Assembly (NCBI RefSeq): GCF_964355755.1
Contig: NC_092670.1
Location: 14,494,795 to 14,558,794 of the forward strand
DNA length: 64,000 nt
DNA from: Antedon mediterranea
Taxonomy: Eukaryota > Animalia > Echinodermata
Direction of reading: 5' to 3'
How positions within the stretch are numbered: the stretch's first letter is position 1; each line of letters starts with the position of its first letter. Both the position numbers and the translations under genes were made by a program. The notes under the pieces are model-generated. The model searched no databases and was not told the origin of the DNA. It worked only from the letters and a program-made list of their open reading frames with translations. This document shows, piece by piece, positions 10,708 to 21,060 of this stretch.

Positions 10708-13700
10708 TTAAAATTTAATTTGAATGGCTTCATGATAGCTATAATAAATTGGAATTACTTCAGTCTGTACTGAATCAAGACCTTTGCTATAAACATGATC
10801 AATCAATGTATTGTTTTCAGTTGTAGAACATGTAACATGTTGTTTGTACTCATTCTCTGCCATTAAATTGTTCACTCTGGAAGATTGTTTGAAAAGATTT
10901 TCATTAAAATCACCCATTACAATACATTTTGTGCTCATTTTATGTAACTCTTCCAAATGTTTTCTCAAATTTTGACAGAATTGATTAATATCATAACTTG
11001 GGGGTCGATAAATTACTGACACGGCTACAGAAATCGGACTTGTTATTAAAAATGAAACTGCTTCTATATCATTATTACCTATGTTTAATCTACTTGAAGA
11101 CGTGTTCTTGGCATACACTGCAACGCCACCATGAGCCTGATGTTTTATTTTGGAACTGAGATCATTTGTATTAGAATACGAATCATACCTTGCTTGGTGA
11201 TACAATTTATACGGCTCAATGCGTACGTCAAAAACATCATCATCCTTGTTTAACCATGTTTCAGTTAGACATATGATATTAGAATTCATAAACAAATCAT
11301 TACACTGAAGATCAACAAAATGTTGTTTAAGCCCTTGAATGTTATGTAACATTATTGAAAATCTAGAAGCCGAATCATGACCTTGTTTATCACATTGTAC
11401 GTATGAATCCATATTATTTAAGCACTTCTTTATGTTTGGATCACAATAAATCAGACTAGGTTTAAAATTTTCAATGGTAAGTCCAGTTATTGAAGTAACA
11501 CGACTGAGGCCTACATATGCTTGACCATGCGTAAAAGTATCTTTAAGGCAAACCACTGCTTTATCCATTGTCATTCCTTGCACTTTATGAACTGTGCATG
11601 CATATGCTAATTTGAGAGGAAATTGTTTTCGACTGTATTTTTTTCCCATAGATTCTTTAAACATTTCAATTGCCTGAATACCAATGTCATTATTGTCAAA
11701 TTTTACTTTAATAGATACTGGTCCGTTGTTATGATCAGGTTTGACTATTTCATCAACATGTCCCATACATCCATTCGTTAAGCCTTTTTTAACATCTACA
11801 TTTTTAATCAACATCACTCTGGCATTAATTGCAATCCACAAATAATTTAGTAAACTAGTTTGACGTGAATTCCGAGGTTTGTCACAATTTTTGCTCTGTT
11901 TCTTGCTATTTACTACACTATCTTCTGCTTTAATGCATACAATGTCTGTACAGGTTTTGTGCAACATTTTTTTATTCCATTCATCAACTTGTTTGTTGCG
12001 TGGGTAAATATGAACAGCATCTTCACATTCTTCACCTGTTTCACGTGATTTTAGAACTAATAAATCGTTATCAGACAAACAATCATGTTTTTCTTTTGTA
12101 CGCAATTTGTTTAACAATAAAGCAAATTGTTTATCCTCTTTTTGCCTCATGATTTGATCTAACTGTACTTGCTTAAAGTTATCTATCCACAGTGAGCTTT
12201 CCAATGTGTCTTTATATAACGAACTGCCCATCACCGGGGGTAACTGATAAAAATCACCAACAGCAATTACTGAAATGTTACCAAATGGACTATCGTTGCG
12301 TACTTGTTTTATTTGCCTTAATCGTCCGTGGATATACCAAAGTAACCTTTGATTTACCATTGATATTTCATCTATAATAACAATTTGCAACTGGCCCAAT
12401 TTATTACGAAGTGCACTTATTTTTTCTTCTCCAAGTGGTTGATACGGAAGTGAAATATTAATCGGTATAGACAAAGCGCTATGAATTGTTTGGCCTTTAA
12501 TATTATATGCTGCGATTCCTGTAGGAGCTAATTTCAATATTGACAAATCATCGGGATTTTCCATAATCTTTCCAAGAATACGTGTCGCTTCATTATAAAT
12601 ACAATTTACCAAATGACTTTTTCCTGTACCAGCACCTCCAGTTATGAAAGTGTAAAATGCTTCAGGTTTTTTACCATTAACTTTGTCTAAACACCATTGT
12701 CTTGTCTTATAAAATATATGTTGTTGTTTTTCATTTAAAGATCGAATCATTTTGTTCAATTCTGGTCTTGGAATATTAGATGAATTAGACTCTACTTTAA
12801 ATGTATGATTTTTTTGAATTCCAAAATCTGGAATGAAAAATTCATCTTCTTCATCATCAACCTCTACATTTGGCTTTGGGTTGTCTAACCTTTCTTTTTC
12901 GCTTTCTGGACATAATAAGCTCCATGCATCTTCTTGTGGTCCAAATTTTGATAAACATTCCTGTGCTTCTTCAACGTCATCAGCACTTTTTTCATATTGT
13001 TCCATGTTTCCATGAACTATTGACTTTACCGTTTGTAATTGACAGCCACATAATTTCACACATCCTTTCTCATGAAATTGTTCATACGTTTCAAAATTTG
13101 GAGGTTTTAACTGTTCATCTTTTCGAATTGGTAGAAATAACTGAAGTATACTCAAAAAATATTTCTCAGGTGCTGTATCCATTGGAAATCGAGGGTATCT
13201 TACTATAGCATTACTAGTCCGTGTTCTTTTTTGGATGAATCCCAACTGTTTTTTTAACTGAAATACATTCTTTTTTTTTTTGTTTCCTTTCATTTCTGAT
13301 GAACTCAATATTCTATATTCCGAACAAAATTTTGCAAGGCACATTTTATTAAATTCAGAACTATTAGGTCGAGCTTTATATTTGTCGATCTTATTTGGCA
13401 ACCATGCACTTACATCATCATCTTCTTTGTTTTTAATTACACTTAGTGGTAAACTCATTCTGACAGGATTAGGTCCTACTGGGATAAATTCAACTTTCCT
13501 TGAACATTCTTTTAATCTTAAACTACAAACACGATAAATACTTTCTTGTGCAGACACTTCTCGATTATTCATATAAACATTACCAAGTTTTCGAAAACTT
13601 TGCCTAGCATCTTCATTGCCTTCTTTTACTTCTGATGCTGCATGATTTAACAGTAAACCCATTTCACGTTCAGATTTTGACATATATCCTATAACGTAAA

Positions 13701-16700
13701 TTATACATGCATATACATTTGTAATATATTGAATATCCATATTAGCATTCCATGCTCTCAATAAGGAAGGATTATATTGATTTACCCACACATCTTGAGG
13801 GTTTCTCTTTATAACAATTTTTTCCTCAGTAGCTACACAATTATTTGCTTTCTCAAATGCAGTCTGTGTAATACCTAAACTTTGGAAAAGTTCTATTGCA
13901 TTTTTATATGTTTCTTCATTAGTCACAGCATCTTTTACTGAGGTTAACAGCTCCATTGCTTGTTTATTGTCATCATTATCATCATTGTCTTTATCCACAA
14001 TTGTAGGTCTCATAACAAATGTATTTCCAGAAGGTTGTCTGGGAAAGTTAAATCTGCAATTTGTTCCCTTTTTTTTACATGATTTAGAATGTCTTTTACT
14101 GTGAATTTGCACACTTTTAACAATTTCATTCAGTTCAGGATCTACAGTTTCACATGGCACAGCACAAGAAATATATTTATCGACAAAATTAATAACTTCA
14201 TTATCTTTATCTGTACCAAAAATAGGAGCATTTTCAACCCATACTAACATATGAACATGTGGACTTCCTCTCATTTGAAATTCAATTCGGTAAAAATAAT
14301 CTACGACTTTACCAATAGGCTGTGCTTCAGACAAAATTACATTTTTCAAAAAAGTATGAAAGCGTTTATCAAACATTCTGGCAACAGTCACTGGATTTGA
14401 TTTCAACAAATTACATTTATCTGCCCATTCTAATTCTTCAATGTTTCTTTGGTCTCCAGACTGACTTAGCAATGTCGTCATTATTTCTTTCCAACGGAAA
14501 TCAGCACTTGAGAATGAAAGAAAGAATGTTGGTTTTCCAATCTGTCTAACCATTGCTATTATATCTTTTTGTGTAGCTTGCCAGTACGGTGGAGTTCCAC
14601 GAATTTGTTTTAGAAATTTATAACCCCTATCAGATTTTAAAATCTCCTGAATTTTGGTAACATTTTTTAAATCGGATACAGTAACTTTGCTAAAATCATC
14701 TTTTTTACTTGACCCTTTTCGCAATGCAATGGAAATACTTGATAAAATTTGTTGAAGTTCATATAAAGATTGAGCATAAAATATGAATTCTGTATTTTGT
14801 GCAAACCTGTTATCTATATGCATTAATCTATTGTGAAAATAACGTCCAAGTGTTATTTTAACATCTCTCGTATCATGGAATGTTGGTTGTCCTGTTGGAA
14901 ATAACACTGGAAATGATTTTGCTTCATTGCTTTTATTACTTAATAATGCAATAGGGCTATTATTTTCACACGGTGCACAACAAATTATGTCATTAAAATA
15001 TTCATCAACCAGATTTTGTCGCCTGTCAACAGGTTGGAAACTTGTATCAAAGATAGCACCACACAATCGGTCTTCTACTTCTTCCTCTTCTTCTTCATTG
15101 TTTTCTACACATGTGTGATTTTCATGTACATTATTATTTGCATTTTCGATGTTTTCTTCAGATAAATAATTATGCCATTCTTCATTAATAGCTATATCAA
15201 AATAGCACTTGTTATGGTCTTGTAAATATCTAAGAGCTTGAATAACATTAGCAGTGTTAACAAATTTATATTTGTAATAACCTTTGTAAGACAACTTTCG
15301 CTTCAATTTTACGGATATTAATTGATCATCAACCTGTGGTCTAGGCAGCATTTTTACAGTTTCAATAGTATTTGATGGTACACATACGACTGGTCCATGT
15401 ATTCCATGCTGTCCACCTTTCGGTAAATTCATTAATTTCATAAAAGGAATGTTTAATCCAATCAAATGCTGCTCTAAATTATTTAAACACCCGAGCTCAG
15501 GAGGAATATCATATAGTTGTAAATTGTTTGAATTAGCTTCTGCAGGAACTTTCCCTTTTAGCATTTTCCTGTGGCATGTGAAACAAATCCATAAATGACA
15601 CCTTGGTGACTCGACAAATTGACAAGGTTTATTACATTCATTATTGCAAATATGCAAATACTTTTCATTTATACAAGCCTGATTTTTGTATTTAGGTTTG
15701 ATGCACTTCATAACTTGATCTTTGAATAACAATTTAAAGCATACGCAACAAACATTTTCAGGACCACGAGAAACTGTTTTCTTGAAGTTTTCTAAAACAA
15801 TATTAAAATTAGTGTTTTCTGTTTTGATTTTTTTCCGATTTTTCATATTTTTCTTCATGATTTTTTTCCGGAACACTTCATCACCATGATACTTTTCTGT
15901 AAATCTTTTCTTACATCTTTGACGAAATTTTGAATTCTCTCGATATTTCTCTGCCAATTTCTGCTTACAGTTTTGTCTAAATTCCAAATTACTCCGATAC
16001 TTTTCTGCCAATTTGTCTTTGCATTTTTGTCTAAATTTCAAATTACTCCGATACTTTTCTGCCAATTTGTCTTTGCATTTTCTTCTAAATTTTAAATTAC
16101 TCCGATACTTTTCTACCAGTTTGTCTTTAAAGTTTTGTCTAAATTTCAAATTACTCTGATACTTTTCAGCCAATTTTTCTTTACAGTTTTGTCTAAATTT
16201 CAAATTACTCCGATACTTTTCTGCCAGTTTGTCTTTCCATTTTTGTCTAAATTTCAAATTAGTCCGATACTTTTTAACAAATTTTTCTTTACAGTTTTGC
16301 CTAAATTTAAAATTACTTTGATACTTCTCTGTCAATTTTTGGGTAATGTTTTCTCTGAATTGTGAATTAGTACAATACTTCTGTGCTAAATTTTGCTTCA
16401 AATTTTTTCGAAATTGTGTATCATTGTGATACCTTTCCTGATTTCTTTGTTTATTATTTTGTATAGTTTTATGTCTAAACATTGTATCATTGTTGTATCT
16501 ATTCTTCACTGTTTCTTTTTTGGTTGTTCGGTAATCCAAATCAATATTGTAGTTATGTTTAGCTTTATTTCGTACCTTAACATTATATTCAGGTTCACAT
16601 CTATACATTTTGTGTTGTCTTTTTCTGTTTTCCTTCCTTTTTTGGAATTTATAATCATCATCAGCATATCTTATTTGTTGTGCCTCCTTTACTTTACGTT

Positions 16701-19700
16701 TCTTTTCTTCTCTGTATGCAGGATCAATTTGATATTTGTTTCTATTTTCATTTTTTTCTATTGAATTATCTTTTTCTTCTCTTCTTCTTTTCATTCTCTG
16801 ACGATTCTTTTCTTTTTGCTTTCTATTTTCATAAGATATTTTTCTTTTCCTTCTCAATGTTTTTACTTCATTTCCAGAACAAGGTCCCTCAACAGTTTTA
16901 CTCCTTTTGTGTTTTGGTTCTTTGTCTTCAAATGTGTGACATTCTTTTCTCATTTGCTTTCGTTTCTTTGTTGTATAATTCTTTTGGGATGTCACATCCA
17001 TATCAAGTTGTCCTGTTGTTTCTTGAAAATTATTTTGACTGACATTTACAGATTCCACTACATTAAAATGCACATTCATGGTGTACAAAATATATATACC
17101 ATTGTCAGTTGTAACATCATCTATTCTTCCCGGCTTTTTAGCAGAAAACAATTGCCACGTCAAAAGTTGATCATTAAATGAATAAATATCTGTATTAAGC
17201 AAGTTTGCCATTGCACCTATTTCAGTATTGGATGCCCACGTTCCATTATCCATTACTCTTTTTTTAAACACATATTCCTTAACTGATCTATATTCGTGAC
17301 TAAATGTATTAATAAATAAGTCATCAGTTTCCAATAAATGATTAGTAATTGCTCTTCTTAAAAGTAAATGATTATCTTCAGTCCCAGAAATAACGTATGA
17401 AATTGCACGATAAAAACAATTACCATCACCTGTAATATTTGTAATTTGAAGAGGATGTCCAATCTGACTAGCTCTGTTAATACCACAATTCATATCGGTA
17501 TGTTCACAATGAATGCCTAATTTATTACACATGTTTTTCTTTTGTTCTTCTAAGATCGGGACAAATTTAAAATTCTCGTCAGGTTTTTTTCCATACTGAA
17601 CATTAACAATTTCAATATCATTATCATTTTGCCATCCATTAGTTGATGAGTCATTATGTTTTTGGCCTTTAACGTTAGAATCAATATTCTTGTCTGGTAA
17701 TCTTGTACTACATTTATACTGATAAGACGTACTAGGTTCATCAACATTTTCGTTTCCCAAGTTTCTTTGTTCACAATTATCATCAAGCACAGAAGCGGAA
17801 CATAACATCATAGACTTATTTTCAATATTTACACCAGTCAGTTCAAACTCGGTGTCATGTAAATTACAGTTCATTGACCTTGCTAATCTTATACAATAGT
17901 CGTACACACCTTGCCAAGATGGACTGTAAAGTAAAATACTCTTTCCATGCTCACTAACACAACCAAATCGATCTCTTGCATGTGGATCAAATATAAGGAA
18001 ACCATTTACACGTTTAATAATAGAAAATGTGCTTCTGTTAAAATTCATAAAAAATGCATCATGTTGGTTTAATTCTTGTTCAAGAGCTTGCTTTAATGAC
18101 AAGGCTCCATATTCAGCCATAAATTCGAGATTCCCATCTATTATGCCAAAAACTGATTCTTTTGGAGATATTACAAATGTGTTATCCAAGATATCCAATT
18201 CTTTCGGCAGTTCAGAAATCATCAAAAGGTCCTCGTGCATAGTGGAATCTTTTTGAATGTAACGGTACAACTCATTTCCAAGAGTCAATATTGTATCAAG
18301 GTCTTTGGTGTAAAATTCATTTCCATTCATCTTTGTAGAATAAAGAATAGCTACAAGACTATTTGCAACACACTGTTTACCACCTGCAAAGCCAAATCTA
18401 TAATTCCCTTGATTAAAACTACCCTGTGCTACAGTTATATTATTATCATTACTATTATATAGTTGTAATTCATTTATTGATTGTGTATTCTGCCTTATTG
18501 GTGCATTCTTTTGTTTTGATCTCTCATCGATTATCAATTCTTCCGAAAAATTATTTTTTGTTAAAACTTCAATATCCACATCGATAGCATGTTGGTCACA
18601 TTTAGGTTTAGTATGGGACCTAATTTTTTCAGTCACTGCTTTTTTAGATCCGTCATCAATTATCGATACTTCGTTTTCGTCAAATTCACAACTTGCACAT
18701 GTTTGATTTTTATGATCTGTAACATTACTATCAAATCTATTAGTTCTGTCATTCATTTTGCTACTATTTTGTGATTTCACATCCTCAGTCGCTGTGTTGT
18801 CGTTTTCTTCAGTACATTTCATTTTAAAGTCGTCATCAGTTTTCATTTCTGAATTGTCATTTTTACCTTTCTTTAAAATAATATCTTCGCCAATCCGTTC
18901 CATAGTATCGCAATCATTCTTGTGGTGTTTTAAATTCAGGTTCATATTATCTTGTGATTCTTTGTTATCAATCTTCTTACTTTTGACAAAACGACCCTTG
19001 CTATTTCGTTTCGAACCACCACCTGATTGTTGTTGTATTCCGTTTGTTACCTTTGTATTTTTCAAAACATCACACATAGGCTTACCATTCGTTTCGTCAT
19101 TTTCCTTGTATTCTCTATAAGTACTTGTATTCATGTTCCATTCCATTTTGTTATTATTTCGTCTTTCATAGAAATCTTTTACACCTTTGCCGATATATTT
19201 TACACCTGGTTCTATACTTATACCATTTATAACGCGCTTTCTCCTTTTCTTATTTCCTCTATTTTTACATCTTTTTTTTCTGTTGTCGGTTCTTTTCTTT
19301 GATCTGACCCTTATCCAATCATTACCAAGTAAATCTTCACTTCCTGTTTGTTGACATTTTTTTAATTTGGCATTATTACGTTTTTCCTTATTTTTCGTTA
19401 AGTCTGCAGTGACAGATTCATCAGGTTCTAGAATCGTATATCTATTGAAATGACAGGGAATACCTATTTCACCCAATATGTTATCAACAAAATTACTATA
19501 CCCACACATTGAACAAATCCAAATTACTCTGGAATCACATAGTTTGTCTTCAAAAACATCTCTTACACATTTCACATGAAAATATTGACTACAACAGTCA
19601 CATGTTATGCAATTGTCGTCTGCTTTCACTTCAATACTACACAAATCGCATGTATCATCAAACTCTGAAGCGACCTCTGTACCATAAGATAATATGTTTA

Positions 19701-20028
19701 TGATATCATCAATTATTTCTTTAAATTCCGTTGTATCTTTGATAACTTCACAATCGACATTACATGTATCATCATTTTCCAGTTTTATAGTGCTCATGTC
19801 TTTGACATTCTTAGATAAGCAACATTGGTCAAGTAGGTCCAAGATTTCATCAATGACTGTTTCAAATTCTGTTGTATCTATAATACCACTATCAACATTA
19901 CCAGCTGTATTGACATTATTGTACTCTTTATTTGTATTTTCTTTATTATTCTTAAAAAAGCACCATAACATTAAGAAGAACATTAAAAACAACATACCAA
20001 TAATAAAGGTTATTAATAGTGTATCCAT
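10708..20028 (-). CDS. Helentron RepHel-EN transposase, 3106 aa (TM, PHD, peptidase C76-like DUB, OTU, 18-aa repeats, HUH Rep, PIF1 helicase, AP endonuclease)
   Basis: Rep EFQMRGSPHVH and YVIGYMSK; helicase GGAGTGKS, IDEISMV, GDFYQLPPV, TVHKVQG, GQAYVGLSR; APE HNIQGL, LTETWL, YRPP, GDFN, IDHVY, SYH; OTU GDGNCFYRA..W..HF; C76-like GSFNQG..QC..FDPH. Confidence 0.95.
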   Translation of the reverse strand: MDTLLITFIIGMLFLMFFLMLWCFFKNNKENTNKEYNNVNTAGNVDSGIIDTTEFETVIDEILDLLDQCCLSKNVKDMSTIKLENDDTCNVDCEVIKDTTEFKEIIDDIINILSYGTEVASEFDDTCDLCSIEVKADDNCITCDCCSQYFHVKCVRDVFEDKLCDSRVIWICSMCGYSNFVDNILGEIGIPCHFNRYTILEPDESVTADLTKNKEKRNNAKLKKCQQTGSEDLLGNDWIRVRSKKRTDNRKKRCKNRGNKKRRKRVINGISIEPGVKYIGKGVKDFYERRNNNKMEWNMNTSTYREYKENDETNGKPMCDVLKNTKVTNGIQQQSGGGSKRNSKGRFVKSKKIDNKESQDNMNLNLKHHKNDCDTMERIGEDIILKKGKNDNSEMKTDDDFKMKCTEENDNTATEDVKSQNSSKMNDRTNRFDSNVTDHKNQTCASCEFDENEVSIIDDGSKKAVTEKIRSHTKPKCDQHAIDVDIEVLTKNNFSEELIIDERSKQKNAPIRQNTQSINELQLYNSNDNNITVAQGSFNQGNYRFGFAGGKQCVANSLVAILYSTKMNGNEFYTKDLDTILTLGNELYRYIQKDSTMHEDLLMISELPKELDILDNTFVISPKESVFGIIDGNLEFMAEYGALSLKQALEQELNQHDAFFMNFNRSTFSIIKRVNGFLIFDPHARDRFGCVSEHGKSILLYSPSWQGVYDYCIRLARSMNCNLHDTEFELTGVNIENKSMMLCSASVLDDNCEQRNLGNENVDEPSTSYQYKCSTRLPDKNIDSNVKGQKHNDSSTNGWQNDNDIEIVNVQYGKKPDENFKFVPILEEQKKNMCNKLGIHCEHTDMNCGINRASQIGHPLQITNITGDGNCFYRAISYVISGTEDNHLLLRRAITNHLLETDDLFINTFSHEYRSVKEYVFKKRVMDNGTWASNTEIGAMANLLNTDIYSFNDQLLTWQLFSAKKPGRIDDVTTDNGIYILYTMNVHFNVVESVNVSQNNFQETTGQLDMDVTSQKNYTTKKRKQMRKECHTFEDKEPKHKRSKTVEGPCSGNEVKTLRRKRKISYENRKQKEKNRQRMKRRREEKDNSIEKNENRNKYQIDPAYREEKKRKVKEAQQIRYADDDYKFQKRKENRKRQHKMYRCEPEYNVKVRNKAKHNYNIDLDYRTTKKETVKNRYNNDTMFRHKTIQNNKQRNQERYHNDTQFRKNLKQNLAQKYCTNSQFRENITQKLTEKYQSNFKFRQNCKEKFVKKYRTNLKFRQKWKDKLAEKYRSNLKFRQNCKEKLAEKYQSNLKFRQNFKDKLVEKYRSNLKFRRKCKDKLAEKYRSNLKFRQKCKDKLAEKYRSNLEFRQNCKQKLAEKYRENSKFRQRCKKRFTEKYHGDEVFRKKIMKKNMKNRKKIKTENTNFNIVLENFKKTVSRGPENVCCVCFKLLFKDQVMKCIKPKYKNQACINEKYLHICNNECNKPCQFVESPRCHLWICFTCHRKMLKGKVPAEANSNNLQLYDIPPELGCLNNLEQHLIGLNIPFMKLMNLPKGGQHGIHGPVVCVPSNTIETVKMLPRPQVDDQLISVKLKRKLSYKGYYKYKFVNTANVIQALRYLQDHNKCYFDIAINEEWHNYLSEENIENANNNVHENHTCVENNEEEEEEVEDRLCGAIFDTSFQPVDRRQNLVDEYFNDIICCAPCENNSPIALLSNKSNEAKSFPVLFPTGQPTFHDTRDVKITLGRYFHNRLMHIDNRFAQNTEFIFYAQSLYELQQILSSISIALRKGSSKKDDFSKVTVSDLKNVTKIQEILKSDRGYKFLKQIRGTPPYWQATQKDIIAMVRQIGKPTFFLSFSSADFRWKEIMTTLLSQSGDQRNIEELEWADKCNLLKSNPVTVARMFDKRFHTFLKNVILSEAQPIGKVVDYFYRIEFQMRGSPHVHMLVWVENAPIFGTDKDNEVINFVDKYISCAVPCETVDPELNEIVKSVQIHSKRHSKSCKKKGTNCRFNFPRQPSGNTFVMRPTIVDKDNDDNDDNKQAMELLTSVKDAVTNEETYKNAIELFQSLGITQTAFEKANNCVATEEKIVIKRNPQDVWVNQYNPSLLRAWNANMDIQYITNVYACIIYVIGYMSKSEREMGLLLNHAASEVKEGNEDARQSFRKLGNVYMNNREVSAQESIYRVCSLRLKECSRKVEFIPVGPNPVRMSLPLSVIKNKEDDDVSAWLPNKIDKYKARPNSSEFNKMCLAKFCSEYRILSSSEMKGNKKKKNVFQLKKQLGFIQKRTRTSNAIVRYPRFPMDTAPEKYFLSILQLFLPIRKDEQLKPPNFETYEQFHEKGCVKLCGCQLQTVKSIVHGNMEQYEKSADDVEEAQECLSKFGPQEDAWSLLCPESEKERLDNPKPNVEVDDEEDEFFIPDFGIQKNHTFKVESNSSNIPRPELNKMIRSLNEKQQHIFYKTRQWCLDKVNGKKPEAFYTFITGGAGTGKSHLVNCIYNEATRILGKIMENPDDLSILKLAPTGIAAYNIKGQTIHSALSIPINISLPYQPLGEEKISALRNKLGQLQIVIIDEISMVNQRLLWYIHGRLRQIKQVRNDSPFGNISVIAVGDFYQLPPVMGSSLYKDTLESSLWIDNFKQVQLDQIMRQKEDKQFALLLNKLRTKEKHDCLSDNDLLVLKSRETGEECEDAVHIYPRNKQVDEWNKKMLHKTCTDIVCIKAEDSVVNSKKQSKNCDKPRNSRQTSLLNYLWIAINARVMLIKNVDVKKGLTNGCMGHVDEIVKPDHNNGPVSIKVKFDNNDIGIQAIEMFKESMGKKYSRKQFPLKLAYACTVHKVQGMTMDKAVVCLKDTFTHGQAYVGLSRVTSITGLTIENFKPSLIYCDPNIKKCLNNMDSYVQCDKQGHDSASRFSIMLHNIQGLKQHFVDLQCNDLFMNSNIICLTETWLNKDDDVFDVRIEPYKLYHQARYDSYSNTNDLSSKIKHQAHGGVAVYAKNTSSSRLNIGNNDIEAVSFLITSPISVAVSVIYRPPSYDINQFCQNLRKHLEELHKMSTKCIVMGDFNENLFKQSSRVNNLMAENEYKQHVTCSTTENNTLIDHVYSKGLDSVQTEVIPIYYSYHEAIQIKF
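15885..16440 (-). repeat. 54-bp (18-aa) coding tandem repeat LAEKYRSNLKFRQNCKQK, ~9 units
   Basis: Visible in translation and DNA. Confidence 0.9.
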
Positions 20029-20231
20029 TATGTATGGTTAATCAAATCCAGAAATTGTTTTCAAATTCTATACAATTGATGTATTCTACTTCGTAATTAC
20101 TTTATACAAATATGTTTTTTTTCCTGCTAAACTTATATTTATCTTTCCAAATTGTGTTTCGAGACAACTAATGTTTATATTCACTACGCCTAACTTTTTT
20201 GGTTCTGCAAAAGCCTTGATAAAGTTTCTAT

Positions 20232-20277
20232 AGATAATAGAAAGATAGATAGATTTAGATAGATAGATAGATAATAG
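20232..20277 (+). repeat. Imperfect (GATA)n microsatellite, also at ~44504-44549
   Basis: agatagatagatttagatagatagatagata. Confidence 0.8.
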
Positions 20278-20410
20278 ACTGCTGTCTATAAAAAGATTTG
20301 AGATTTCGTTTTATTCATCCAGTGGAGATTTTGCTTAAAATAATTCATCCAGTGGAGATTTTGCTTTAAATTTGCTTTCGTTGTTGCTGATTTGGAATAC
20401 TTATAATCGG

Positions 20411-20490
20411 TTAATCCTCGTTGGTACTCTCTTTCGGAGAGCAGGATCTCTTTCGGAGATCCGGGTCTCTTCTGAGACCCAGCGGATTAA
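20411..20490 (-). other. Three adjacent hairpins closed by an outer stem (putative structured 5'UTR element)
   Basis: Minus strand TTAATCC..GGGTCTC/GAGACCC, GGATCTC/GAGATCC, TGCTCTC/GAGAGTA..GGATTAA. Confidence 0.6.
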
Positions 20491-21060
20491 TTCTTCAAAA
20501 CTCTGCAATAAAAGAGAAAGAAAAATTATTAATAATGTTATATATATTTTTTCTCTACCCCATGACTTATAAGAGAAAATTCTTGCATAGTATTAGTAGG
20601 CATGCTCAAGCAGCATAATTGTAATACTCATGATATAATCATTCACTTCACAATCTTTGTGCGATTTAATCGCTTAATTAAACTCATTAGTCGTTAACGA
20701 TGATAGATCAAAGAAACATACTATGTTGTGAGTCATAACTTGAAAATAATGTAGTCCAAACTATATGATTCTAGTTGGTATCTTTTACATAACCCAATTT
20801 TTTTTATAGGTTAAAATAAACTACAAAAACTAATGTATTTTTTTTAATAAGGCCCTGTCATAGGTATCATGTAAAATGAATAATGATTAATCGGCAGCAC
20901 ACGTGACTCATAATACACAAAATACTGTATAACACATTTCATGGTACCTGTAGTAGATTTTACCGATTTTAAATGATGTAAACTTTATTTTGCATTTTTA
21001 ACAATTTGTAATGTATTTGTTTTATCACATCTTGATATTAACTGTATCAAGGGGTGTAAT

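Noticed and set aside
17830-18435. Endogenous herpesvirus or giant virus
   Set aside because: Only a DUB-like domain fused in a Helentron ORF; no capsid, polymerase or packaging genes.
12192-20041. Many plus-strand ORFs overlapping the transposase (likewise in A2 and A3)
   Set aside because: Antisense shadows of the long ORF with no recognisable motifs.
20411-20490. Hammerhead ribozyme or tRNA
   Set aside because: No CUGANGA core and no tRNA D/T-loop consensus on either strand.
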